Source: Anaeromyxobacteraceae bacterium (GTDB lineage Bacteria; Myxococcota; Myxococcia; Myxococcales; Anaeromyxobacteraceae). Taken from it: a stretch of 64,000 nt of DNA. The stretch is from the NCBI GenBank assembly GCA_047602405.1, contig JASGHJ010000001.1, positions 32,001-96,000 on the forward strand, read 5' to 3'. The notes below the pieces were generated by a model. That model saw nothing but the letters and a program-made list of their open reading frames with translations, had not been told where the DNA came from and made no database searches. The position numbers and the translations under genes are program-made. Shown piece after piece: positions 30,831-39,900 of this stretch. The first letter of the stretch is position 1; each line of letters opens with the position of its first letter.

Positions 30831-30861
30831 CGTTCGTCCTGAGCCTTTCCAAGGACGAACG
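30831..30861. repeat. Short REP-like palindrome, intergenic
   Basis: CGTTCGTCCT-GAGCCTTTCCA-AGGACGAACG. Confidence 0.65.
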
Positions 30862-30880
30862 CTGGAAGCTTGGCCGCCGG

Positions 30881-32131
30881 TTAGCGCTTCTTCTCCACGT
30901 ACGGGATGCCCTCGCCGTCGAGCCACGCCTTCGCGCATGCCTCGACGCGCTCGTTCGAGAACGCGAACCAGCGCTCGCGCTCGGCCGGGTGGTCGAGCAG
31001 GACGTCCTTGAAGCGGCGGAACGGGCGCTTCCCCTCCAGGGCGGCGTCGAGCTTTGCCCCCAGCCTGCGATCGCTGCAGGCCTCGGCGAAGTCCTCCATG
31101 TCCTGGTACCCCTCGTGCGACGGCTGGGGCTCGATCTCGAGGAACCGCTCCTCGTCTCCGAGCTCCTCTTCGTCCTCGACGGGGAGCCACTCGTTGTCGC
31201 CGCCCTCGAAGTAGGAGAAGACCTCGCCGGTCTGAAGATCGACGAACCCGCGGTGGCCCGGGTCGTTGTCATCGAAGGCGATGAGGAATTCGTCCAGGTC
31301 GACGGGCGGACACTGCCGGGCCTTCCTCGGCTCCGAGGGCTCGTTCGCGGGAACCGGGTCCGAAGAATCGGACTGGGCCGCCTCGTCGAACGCGGCGACC
31401 ATCTTCTCGGCCGCCTGGCCGTTGTCGGGATCGAGCGCGACGGCCCGCTCGAGGACCGCGCGCGCCTCATCGGCCCTGCCCAGCTGCACGAGGCACACGC
31501 CGAGGTCCCGCAGGCAGTGCAGGAAAGGCTGGTTCTCGTAGAACCGCCACGGAAGGCACCCCGTGAAGCCCTTCCCGAGCGCGTGCTCGCCGAGCGCGAC
31601 GCCGATCTCGAAGTGGCGCGCCGCCGCCTCCAGGCTCGCGCACCTGAGCGCGTCGCCGAGCGCGGCGTGTGCCTCGATGGACCGGACATCGTGCAGCAGG
31701 AGGACCATGGCGAAGGCTACGAGCTCTCCGGGCTCCTTCTCGGGGTCGAGCCCGTTGATGAGCTCCATCGGGTCCTCGCCCTTCACCCGCGGGACCGCGC
31801 GCTCCAGCGAGAACGCCTTCCGGTCGAGATCGGGCGCGTGGCGAGGCTCGACGATGAGCGGCGGCAGCCCGAGGGCCGGGATGTCGAGCCTGGCGTGCTC
31901 GATCCGGCCCGAGAGCACCGGGATGCCTTCACGCGTGCCGTGCTTCTTCGCCCGGACGCTCACGATGGTTCCCGGGAACGGCGTCACGTCGTCCCGATCC
32001 TCGTAGAACACGGTGGAGCCGTCGTCGACCCGCCGACAGCGCATCCCGAGGTCCTGGAGGGTGAGGGCGACGAGCTCGACAACGTCCCCTCCGGGCACTG
32101 CCACCTTGTGAGGTTCGCGCTTCTTCGTCAC
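30881..32131 (-). CDS. TPR-containing protein with a C-terminal UPF0158-like domain
   Basis: NQPFLHCL...TPR helices. YQDMEDF...GKRPFRRFKDVL..HP..RERWF. Confidence 0.75.
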   Translation of the reverse strand: MTKKREPHKVAVPGGDVVELVALTLQDLGMRCRRVDDGSTVFYEDRDDVTPFPGTIVSVRAKKHGTREGIPVLSGRIEHARLDIPALGLPPLIVEPRHAPDLDRKAFSLERAVPRVKGEDPMELINGLDPEKEPGELVAFAMVLLLHDVRSIEAHAALGDALRCASLEAAARHFEIGVALGEHALGKGFTGCLPWRFYENQPFLHCLRDLGVCLVQLGRADEARAVLERAVALDPDNGQAAEKMVAAFDEAAQSDSSDPVPANEPSEPRKARQCPPVDLDEFLIAFDDNDPGHRGFVDLQTGEVFSYFEGGDNEWLPVEDEEELGDEERFLEIEPQPSHEGYQDMEDFAEACSDRRLGAKLDAALEGKRPFRRFKDVLLDHPAERERWFAFSNERVEACAKAWLDGEGIPYVEKKR

Positions 32132-32140
32132 CCGGTCCTC

Positions 32141-32899
32141 CTACCGCGGCCCATCGCCCGCGGCGAGCTCCGCGAGCAGCTCCCGCGCGCCCAGCTGGTC
32201 CTCGGGATCGAGGAGGAGCAGCCTCAACAGCTGCCGCCGCGCGTCCTCGGGGTTGCCGAGCTTCGACTGCGCCCACGCGTAGCCGTACAGGCACCGGAGG
32301 AACGGCCGGTTGCTCTCGATGGCCCACGGGAGGAGCCCGTCGAAGTCCGCCGGGATCGGCTCGTCCGCGATGCGGAGCGCGATCTCGTAGTGGAGCCGCG
32401 ACATGCGGTGGAACCGCTGGGACGCGATGTCGCCGAGGAGCGCGTGCGCGCCGAGGCAGCGGAGGTCCTTCGCGAGGAGCCGCCACGCGCGCGTGAACGC
32501 GAGCGGGACGTCGCCCGCCGCGAAGGACGCCTCCGCGTCGAGGAGCGGCCGCCGGTGCTTCCCCTGCCCCGGGATCGGGTGCTCGAGCGCGTGCACGCGG
32601 CGGCCCTCGCCCGACTCGAGCGCGATGAGCTTCAAGGGCTCGAGCCGGAGCATCGGCACGTCGACGCGGACCGACTCGACGTCGCCGGAGAGGAACGGGC
32701 GACCGTAGGTCCAGTACTTCTTCACCTTCACCGTCGCGACCGCTCCCGGCGCGAGGTGCACGCCGTCGATGCCGCGGAAGGTGACGAGGGAGCCGTCGTC
32801 GAGCCGCCGGCAGCCGATGTCGGTGTGCGTGACCGCGAGCACCGCGAGGTCCACGCGCGCGCCGGGCGGGAGGTGGGGGGCCTTCGGGCGAGCCGTCAC
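32141..32899 (-). CDS. TPR protein, paralogue of the N-terminal part of 30881-32131
   Basis: Shared CRR.DDGS, LSG, LPW..E.N.PFL.CL. Confidence 0.7.
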   Translation of the reverse strand: MTARPKAPHLPPGARVDLAVLAVTHTDIGCRRLDDGSLVTFRGIDGVHLAPGAVATVKVKKYWTYGRPFLSGDVESVRVDVPMLRLEPLKLIALESGEGRRVHALEHPIPGQGKHRRPLLDAEASFAAGDVPLAFTRAWRLLAKDLRCLGAHALLGDIASQRFHRMSRLHYEIALRIADEPIPADFDGLLPWAIESNRPFLRCLYGYAWAQSKLGNPEDARRQLLRLLLLDPEDQLGARELLAELAAGDGPR

Positions 32900-33684
32900 G
32901 CGGTCGCGAGCTCCATCACCACCTCCGCCCCGACCTTGCCCTTCCCGAGGGTCACGTCCCCGCCGTGCTCGCGGGCCACCTTCCTCGCGAGCGCGAGCCC
33001 GAACCCCGCCGCCGGCGCCGTCCGGTGGAAGAGGAACGGCTCGAACACCGTCTCCGGCAGCGCGTTCCCGAACCCCGGCCCCTCGTCGGAGACCTTCACG
33101 CGCGCCTTGCCCCGCGAGTGCTCGACCTCCACCCGCACGTGCCCGCCGAACCTCGAGACCCGGAGCGCGTTCGTGAGGAGCTCCACGACCGCCTGGGTGA
33201 GCCCCTTCACGTCGAGCTGCGCCGGGAGCCGGTCCGGCCCGTCGACCGTGACCTCGATCTGCTTCAGGCGTGCCTGCTCCTTCGTGGCCTCGATGGCCTG
33301 CCGCACGACGGCCGCGAGGTCGCCCGCCTCGCGCCGCGTGCGCGGCTCGACGAGGACGAGGATGCGCCCCGCGAGCGTGGAGAGCCGGTCGACCTCGCGC
33401 TTCGCGTCCTCGATGGACGCCGCGAGCTCGGTCGTGTCGCGCCTGCGGCGCAGGGCGAGCTCGAGCGAGGCGCCGAGGAGCCGGAGCGGCTTCTCGAGCT
33501 CGGTGACCGCGCGCGAGGCGAGCCAGACGCGCTCGCCGCGCTCGTCCGCGAGGACCTGCTCGGTCGCGTGGAGCTCCTGCCGCGCGCGGCCCAGGCGTCC
33601 GCGCACGAGCGCCGCCCACCCGAGCGGCAGCGCGGCCGCGAAGAGGAGGGCGAGGATGAAGGGCCAGGCGGTGGTGGCCTGCAC
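32896..33684 (-). CDS. Histidine-kinase-like membrane protein lacking the phospho-His
   Basis: N, G1, F and G2 boxes are present (LLTNAL, DEGPG, FEPF, GFGL). The H-box reads AVTELEKPL. Confidence 0.75.
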   Translation of the reverse strand: MQATTAWPFILALLFAAALPLGWAALVRGRLGRARQELHATEQVLADERGERVWLASRAVTELEKPLRLLGASLELALRRRRDTTELAASIEDAKREVDRLSTLAGRILVLVEPRTRREAGDLAAVVRQAIEATKEQARLKQIEVTVDGPDRLPAQLDVKGLTQAVVELLTNALRVSRFGGHVRVEVEHSRGKARVKVSDEGPGFGNALPETVFEPFLFHRTAPAAGFGLALARKVAREHGGDVTLGKGKVGAEVVMELATA

Positions 33685-33752
33685 GGGGCCATCATCCCCC
33701 CTGCCGCACCGCCCCCACCACACCGTTTGCAGGTGCCCGGCCCCTACCCACC

Positions 33753-33803
33753 CCGTTCATCCCGAGCGTAGGGCCGCTCTAGGCGGCCCGGAGTCGAGGG
33801 ACG
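33753..33803. repeat. REP-like palindrome upstream of the tRNA cluster
   Basis: CCGTTCATCCCGAGCGTAGGGCCGC-TCTAG-GCGGCCCGGAGTCGAGGGACG. Confidence 0.85.
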
Positions 33804-33935
33804 AAACCCCTGCAACTCCGCCCTTGATCGCCGGCTCAGGGTACCGTATAGAGGCGTGCTCGCACCGCCGCGGCAGACGCCCCGGTCGTGCCAGGTACCC
33901 GGAACGAGTAGGGATTCACGAACGGAGCAGCATTC

Positions 33936-34025
33936 GGAGGAGTGGCCGAGCGGTTTAAGGCGGCGGTCTTGAAAACCGCTGAGGGTTCACGCCCTCCGAA
34001 GGTTCGAATCCTTCCTCCTCCGCCA
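33936..34025 (+). tRNA. tRNA-Ser(TGA)
   Basis: Cloverleaf with anticodon arm GCGGT-CTTGAAA-ACCGC, long variable arm, TTCGAAT loop, GCCA end. Confidence 0.96.
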
Positions 34026-34042
34026 GAGAAGGAGAGAGGTTC

Positions 34043-34132
34043 GGAAAGGTGGCCGAGAGGCCGAAGGCGCTGGTTTGCTAAACCAGTATACGGGTAACCG
34101 TATCGAGGGTTCGAATCCCTCCCTTTCCGCCA
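34043..34132 (+). tRNA. tRNA-Ser(GCT)
   Basis: Anticodon arm CTGGT-TTGCTAA-ACCAG, long variable arm, GCCA end. Confidence 0.96.
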
Positions 34133-34178
34133 GTGAGGAAGCACCCGACGTAGACTGTCGGTGACATCGAGAGAGTTG

Positions 34179-34255
34179 GGGCCCTTAGCTCAGTTGGATA
34201 GAGCGTCGGACTACGAATCCGAAGGCCAGAGGTTCGAATCCTCTAGGGCCCGCCA
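34179..34255 (+). tRNA. tRNA-Arg(ACG), integration target of the island
   Basis: GGGCCCT/AGGGCCC acceptor stem, anticodon arm TCGGA-CTACGAA-TCCGA, CCA end. Confidence 0.97.
34210..34253 (+). repeat. attL core (tRNA-Arg 3' half)
   Basis: ACTACGAATCCGAAGGCCAGAGGTTCGAATCCTCTAGGGCCCGC. Confidence 0.9.
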
Positions 34256-34261
34256 GTAAAG

Positions 34262-34300
34262 ACGGGGACTTGGCTCATCGCCAGGTCCCCGTTTCCTTTT
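34262..34300 (+). terminator. Intrinsic terminator after the tRNA cluster
   Basis: ACGGGGACTTGGC/GCCAGGTCCCCGT hairpin followed by TTCCTTTT. Confidence 0.75.
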
Positions 34301-34398
34301 CCGGGGCCACGGCGGGGCCAACGAGGACGAGTCGAACCTGCACTCCGGCCTTCGGAAGTGCGGGGGACCACGGTGAACCCTTCACGTACGGGTGAGCC

Positions 34399-35511
34399 AT
34401 GGCGCGTCCAACCAGGCATCGGGGCAAGTGGCGGATTCGTTGGTTCGACGAGAACGATCGTCGTCGCAGTGAGGTCTACGAGAAGCTGACTCACGCGAAG
34501 TCGAAGCTCCGCGAACACGAACTGAAGGCAGAGGAGATCAGGCTCGGGATTAGGTCGCCTGACCCGGCTCCTCGCACGTTCGACGACGCGGCCGACTACT
34601 GGCTCAAGCACCGTGCAGTGAACAAGCGGAGCCGGGCCTGCGACGAGTCTATCCTGCGGGTACACCTGCGGCCGTTCTTCGGTGGGATGAAGCTTGCCCG
34701 GATCGGAGTGCAGCAGGTGGACGAGTTCTCCGCCACGAAGACCCACCTTCACAAGAACACCCTGCACCACGTCCTCACCCTTCTGATCTCGCTCCTTCAC
34801 CTGGCCGTCGAACTCGATTGGTTGAGGAAGCTCCCGAAGATCAAGAAGCCGTCGATTAAGCTGTTCACGAAGGACTTCCACTACCTTCGCAACGGAAGCG
34901 AGCTCATCAGGTTTCTTCGTGCGGCCCACGACGAGGGCGACCTCGCCTTCGCCCTGTACGCCACTGCGGTGTTCACCGGCCTACGTCAGGGCGAGTTGGC
35001 CGCACTCCGGTGGAGTGAAGTGAACCTTGAGAAGCGACTGATCTCCGTTGAGCACAGTTGGCATGGACCGACGAAGACCGGCGAGGTCCGTTACGTCCCC
35101 ATTCTCGACCCGCTCCTCCCGGTGCTGCAGGAGTGGCACCTGAAGTGTCCCGGCGAGTTCGTGTTTCCGAATCGGGATGGACGCATGTTCTCGAAGTGCG
35201 CCCGCATCTTCCAGGAGACGTTTCACGACATTCTCGACCGGGCGGGCTTTCCAAAGGTGGAACGCCACGGGCGCACCCGCCGGTACATCAGGTTCCACGA
35301 TCTGCGGCACACCTTTGCCTCCCACTGGATGATGAATAGCGGTGACCTCTTCCGCCTCCAGAGCGTCCTCGGCCACAAGTCGCCGCTGATGACCATGCGT
35401 TATGCGCACCTCGCGCCGGACGCATTCGAGCAGGACCACGCACGCCTGGGCGGCCGACTCGATCTTGAGGACGCGCCTGTCGTCGAGTTGCGCCCAAAGC
35501 CAGCCCAGTAG
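34399..35511 (+). CDS. Tyrosine recombinase / integrase
   Basis: TGLRQGEL (R), TKT (K), FHDLRHT (HxxR), LGH and MRYAH (Y) are all intact. Confidence 0.95.
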   Translation: MARPTRHRGKWRIRWFDENDRRRSEVYEKLTHAKSKLREHELKAEEIRLGIRSPDPAPRTFDDAADYWLKHRAVNKRSRACDESILRVHLRPFFGGMKLARIGVQQVDEFSATKTHLHKNTLHHVLTLLISLLHLAVELDWLRKLPKIKKPSIKLFTKDFHYLRNGSELIRFLRAAHDEGDLAFALYATAVFTGLRQGELAALRWSEVNLEKRLISVEHSWHGPTKTGEVRYVPILDPLLPVLQEWHLKCPGEFVFPNRDGRMFSKCARIFQETFHDILDRAGFPKVERHGRTRRYIRFHDLRHTFASHWMMNSGDLFRLQSVLGHKSPLMTMRYAHLAPDAFEQDHARLGGRLDLEDAPVVELRPKPAQ

Positions 35512-35623
35512 ACGCCTGCACTGCACTCCGATTTTGAGGAGTGCGGGGGTCTCCTGTTCGCTGCCGCGCTAGACCGTTCCCATCACGAGCAGCCCGCAAG
35601 GAAGCGGGCACTGGAGAACGGAC

Positions 35624-35953
35624 ATGAAGACGGCATCGTCACCGGGCACACCTACCGGCGCACTGCATCCTCGTCAGGCACTAGACGAGGCCGATCGCAG
35701 CGACAAGCCACGGAGCGAGGTTTCCACGGACGCCTTGGGGACCCACCCTCCCCCGCCGAAGCCTCTCCTCACCTACATGGAAGTCGCGGAGCAGTACAAC
35801 CTGAAGCGGAACACGCTCTATGCACTCGTTCACCAGGGACGCATCCCCTATGTCCGCATCGGGAAGCGTCTGATTCGCTTCTCGCGTGAGGACCTGGAGA
35901 ACTGGATCAGAGCACATACGGTCTCGTCCAAGTCCGCAAGCGAGGGCGACTAG
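35624..35953 (+). CDS. Excisionase-family HTH DNA-binding protein
   Basis: LLTYMEVAEQYNLKRNTLYALVHQGRIPYVRIGKRLIRF. Confidence 0.85.
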   Translation: MKTASSPGTPTGALHPRQALDEADRSDKPRSEVSTDALGTHPPPPKPLLTYMEVAEQYNLKRNTLYALVHQGRIPYVRIGKRLIRFSREDLENWIRAHTVSSKSASEGD

Positions 35954-36478
35954 ATGCGCCCCGGACTGCACCTTGAGTTGTCGCACCTTGTTAGCGCGAC
36001 GGTCCGCCACCTTGAGGTGCGGCCCGGGGCCAGGATCTTTCGCCTGCGGATGCGTTACGGGAAGTTCGGCGGGCTCGACAAGAGGCTCGCAAAGGCAGAT
36101 GCGTTCGTGTCTCGTTTCGACCGGACCCGTACCTCTGGCGTCTTGTTGCTTGCGCACTCTCCCGATCGGTTCCGAATGGAGCTGCGCGGCCTGGCGATCA
36201 CCCGCAAGGACCTCGCGTGCATTCAGAAGCGGTGGTGGAACGCGACGGGCGTCCGGTGCGCGCTCTCCGACATTGAGCTAGTTGGCGTTAGCCCCCTTGA
36301 CCGACCCGCGATCCGAAATGCGATCGCCTGGGCGCTGAAGTCGCGCAGGCCGTACTTCCTGAACGAGGAAGAATCCGTTGTCGCCGCAGGAGCATTTTCC
36401 GACATTTGGGCGGCGCGCCCCGTTGCCGCCGTCCCCCTTCGTGAGTCGGACCTACGCGACGATCTCGGCGGTCCCTGA
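35954..36478 (+). CDS. Hypothetical protein
   Basis: Starts immediately after the excisionase stop. No recognised motif. Confidence 0.5.
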   Translation: MRPGLHLELSHLVSATVRHLEVRPGARIFRLRMRYGKFGGLDKRLAKADAFVSRFDRTRTSGVLLLAHSPDRFRMELRGLAITRKDLACIQKRWWNATGVRCALSDIELVGVSPLDRPAIRNAIAWALKSRRPYFLNEEESVVAAGAFSDIWAARPVAAVPLRESDLRDDLGGP

Positions 36479-36498
36479 GATGACGCCTTGCGTGTCGT

Positions 36499-37482
36499 AT
36501 GAGCACCGCTGAAAGACCGAGTGGTGAACGTCGTCCGTGGGGGATCCGCGTTCATCGCGGTCCGACTGACGAACGTCATCGACAGCGGGTGAGGGAGTAC
36601 GACCTGCTCCCGGCTTTCGTTGCTGGAGTGCAGACTCTTCTCGCCTCCCGGGCCGACCTGACCGCGTTCGCGATCTCGCTCACCTACAACGAGCACGTTC
36701 GGCCAGACTGGCTGTATCGGTCGGTGCACTGGTTCGATCGTGAGGTGATCAGGGATACCGACTCACTTTGGCTGGTCCTCGATCTCAGGCGCAACAACCT
36801 TGGACCTCACTGGCACGGCCTGCATCTTTCTGAAAGGCGGGAGCCTCCCACCAGGGAGCTCCAAGCCTGGGCCAAGCGCAACGGCGGGTCCGCAAAGACG
36901 AACTGGGTCAGGTACCTCGAATACCAGGATGAGAGAGCCTCTCCTCGCTTCGCAAGAAGCGTTCACTCATGGATCTGGTACTGCTGCAAGGCACTCCCGA
37001 CGCCATCGCTGCTGCTGACGGAACGCGCTGTTTCATCCTCCTACCTGGAGGATCTCTGGGCAGAAGCGTTCGGATACCGATCTACTGACCAGTTCTTCTC
37101 CCCCTTCCTCGTCGATCGGGGTGGCGTTCCCGTCGCAACCCCTGAAGGTGAGCAAGGCAACGTTCGGCGGTGCCTCTTCTGCAAGCGACCGCTGGGCGAG
37201 GGCCGACATCCCCGAGCCAAGTACTGCCGCGAGTCTGACCGCCCCTGCAGGTTGCGTGCTTGGCGCGCGCAACGCGCGAAGCGCCTGGCCTCCTCCACCA
37301 CAGCAACACCGGACTCGTCAGGGGGCTCATCCGATACGGATCCATCTCCCGAAGCGACTTCGGGCAACGGAGATCCACCCGCAGGCACGGACCCTGTTCC
37401 ATGTGACGTTTCGGACCGTATCGAACCGCATCAAGATGATCTCGTTTCCGAACCCACCAGCTCGCGCCGCTCTGAGTTGTAG
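36499..37482 (+). CDS. Putative HUH endonuclease (rolling-circle Rep-like)
   Basis: AISLTY (motif 1), GPHWHGL (HUH), WYCCK (YxxK) and a C-terminal CxxC...C...C. Confidence 0.5.
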   Translation: MSTAERPSGERRPWGIRVHRGPTDERHRQRVREYDLLPAFVAGVQTLLASRADLTAFAISLTYNEHVRPDWLYRSVHWFDREVIRDTDSLWLVLDLRRNNLGPHWHGLHLSERREPPTRELQAWAKRNGGSAKTNWVRYLEYQDERASPRFARSVHSWIWYCCKALPTPSLLLTERAVSSSYLEDLWAEAFGYRSTDQFFSPFLVDRGGVPVATPEGEQGNVRRCLFCKRPLGEGRHPRAKYCRESDRPCRLRAWRAQRAKRLASSTTATPDSSGGSSDTDPSPEATSGNGDPPAGTDPVPCDVSDRIEPHQDDLVSEPTSSRRSEL

Positions 37483-37498
37483 ATCGTCCATGCGCGTT

Positions 37499-39055
37499 TG
37501 CGGATTTCGGCGAATGGTGAACACGGGGATCGGCGCATCGTGAACAGCCGGATCGGGGGAACGTGAACGCCAGGATCGGCGTTCATGAACACCGAGATCG
37601 GGCATCGTGAACACGCGGATCGGCCATCGTGAACAGGCCGGCCGCGTCACCCCTGCGGGGTAGGGTCCGCGCCTCACCGAGGCGCGGAGAGCGGTCCCGG
37701 CGAAGCGACGCTGGACGGTAGCCACCCGTCCCGCGCCTCCACCACGGAGGCGGCGGGATGGCGACTGAGCGACTGTCCATGCGGAAGACGAGAGAGGTCC
37801 TGAGGCAGAAGTGGGAGCTCGGGCGCACGCACCGCGAGGTGGCGGCGAGCGTGGGGCTGTCGCTGGGCGCGGTGGCGCTCGCGCTCGGCCGGGCGGCGGC
37901 GGCCGGGCTCGACTGGGCGACTGCGCAGGGGCTCTCGGACGTCGCGCTCGAGGAGCGGCTCTACGGACCGCGCGACGAGGCTGCGGCCCGACCGATGCCG
38001 GACTGCGAGTACCTCCACGCGGAGCGGAAGAAGCCGGGCGTGACGCTGGAGCTGCTTCACCATGAGTACCTGGAGAAGCATCCGGAAGGCTACCGGTACA
38101 CGCAATTCTGCGAGCGGTACCGCGAGTGGCTGAAGCGCCGCGGCCTCACGATGCGCCAGGAGCATCTCGCCGGCGAGAAGCTCTTCATCGACTACGCAGG
38201 GAAGAAGCCGCACATCGTCGATCCCAAGACGGGCGAGGTGATCGCCGTCGAGCTGTTCGTCGCGGTGCTGGGCGCGTCGAACTACACCTACGCCGAGGCG
38301 ACCCTCACGCAGCGGGGCCCGGACTTCATCGCCAGCCACGTGCGGTCGCTGGGCGCGCTGGGCGGAGTGCCCGCGGCTATCGTGCCTGACCAGCTCAAGA
38401 GCGGAGTCACCGCCGCGTGCCGCTACGAGCCGGGGATCCAGCGCACCTACGAGGATCTGGCGCGGCACTACGGCACGACAGTCCTGCCGGCGCGGCCGCA
38501 ACGGCCGCGCGACAAGGCCAAGGTCGAGGTCGCGGTGCAGATCGCCGAGCGGTGGATCGTGGCCAGGCTGCGTCACGAGACCTTCTTCTCGCTCGAGGCG
38601 CTGAACGAGCGGATCGCCGAGCTGCTCGAGGACCTGAACGGCCGGAGGATGCGCGTCTACGGTGCGAGCCGCCGAGAGCTCTTCGAGCGCGTCGACCGGC
38701 CCGCCCTGAAGCCGCTGCCGCCCGAGCCGTTCGCATACTCCGAGTGGAGGACCGCGCGGCTCAACATCGATTACCACGCCGAGATCGACCACCACTACTA
38801 CTCGGCGCCGCACGCGCTCGTGCACGAGCAGGTCGAGGCGCGGCTCACCGCGGTGACCGTGGAGATCTTCCACCGCGGCGAGCGGGTCGCCTCGCATGTG
38901 CGGAGCTACCGGCGTGGCGGGCACACGACCGTGCCCGAGCACATGCCGAAGGCCCACCAGAAGCACCTCGAGTGGACACCGTCGAGGATCCTGCATTGGG
39001 CGGAGACCATCGGCCCGAAGACCCGTGAGCTCGCCGCGGCGATTCTCGCCGAGCG
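37499..39055 (+). mobile_element. IS21-family element A, left half
   Basis: Starts TGCGGATTTCGG with repeated GTGAACA..GATCGG boxes. Preceded by the target duplication CGCGTT. Confidence 0.9.
37758..39055 (+). pseudogene. istA: IstA transposase of element A, N-terminal part (interrupted)
   Basis: GEKLFIDYAG, LGASNYTY, VPDQLK, PRDKAKVE. Cut at 39055. Confidence 0.9.
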
Positions 39056-39117
39056 TGTCAAAGAAACCCCCAACTGATCCACCCCGAGAGCGGGCATGGT
39101 GATCCACCTCGGCCCGA

Positions 39118-39900
39118 TCAGGCGTCGGCCCGCGCCTCGTTTCCGCCCTTCCTCTCGGCGGTGCGCTTGCGGGTGGCGCGGGTCCGATAGCTCTCGCCGG
39201 TGATCGCGATCTGGTGGGCGTCGTGGGCGAGCCGGTCGAGCGCCGCGCTCGCGAGCAGCGGCTCGCCGAAGACCTCGGGCCACTCGGGGAAGGCGCGGTT
39301 CGAGGTGATGATCATCGAGCCCTTCTCGTACCGCTCGGCGACGATCTCGTAGAGGTCCTCGGGGGCCGGCGCGCGGAGGGGCTTCAGGCCGAAGTCGTCG
39401 AGGATGATGAGGTCGGGGCGGGCGAAGCTGGCGAGGCGGCGCTCGTAGGTGCCGTCCGCGCGGCCTGCTGCGAGGTGGGCGAGCGCGCGGGCGGCCGTCA
39501 TGAAGACGACCTCGTAGCCGCGGCGGCACGCCTCATGGCCGAGCGCCTGGGCGAGGTGGCTCTTGCCGACACCAGAGGGGCCGACGAAGAAGACGTTTTG
39601 GTGCTGCTCGATGAAGCGGCAGGTGGCGAGGTCGGCGATCTCCTTCTGGGAGACCTTGGGGCAGGCGGTGAAGTCGAAGGTCTCGAGCGTCTTCTGCGGG
39701 TCGAAGGCCGCGCGGCGCAGCCGCATCTTCAGCTTGTGCTGAGCGCGCCGCTCGACCTCGTCCTCGACGAGCTGGGCGAGGAACTCAACGTACGAGAGCT
39801 TGGCGTCGATGGCGCCGCGGTTGCGCTGCTCGAGGGTCTCGAGGATGCCGCTGAGCCTCAGGCTCTTCAGCATCGGGGTGAGCTGATGGATCAGGTCCAC
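39118..39900 (-). CDS. istB: IstB ATPase
   Basis: GPSGVGKSHLA, LIILDDFG, ITSN, LDRL.H. Confidence 0.92.
   Translation of the reverse strand: MDLIHQLTPMLKSLRLSGILETLEQRNRGAIDAKLSYVEFLAQLVEDEVERRAQHKLKMRLRRAAFDPQKTLETFDFTACPKVSQKEIADLATCRFIEQHQNVFFVGPSGVGKSHLAQALGHEACRRGYEVVFMTAARALAHLAAGRADGTYERRLASFARPDLIILDDFGLKPLRAPAPEDLYEIVAERYEKGSMIITSNRAFPEWPEVFGEPLLASAALDRLAHDAHQIAITGESYRTRATRKRTAERKGGNEARADA

Noticed and set aside
30989..33958. 989-aa plus-strand ORF and many similar Arg/Ala/Pro-rich ORFs
   Set aside because: They are shadow frames caused by stop-codon scarcity in high-GC DNA and overlap better-supported genes.
33836..34144. 102-aa ORF
   Set aside because: It is antisense to the tRNA-Ser genes.
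37499..37640. Tandem GTGAACA..GATCGG repeats (also GGTGGATCA repeats at 41590-41700 and 55790-55900) as a CRISPR array or iterons
   Set aside because: They are the multiple terminal transposase-binding repeats of IS21 ends. There are no unique spacers and no cas genes.
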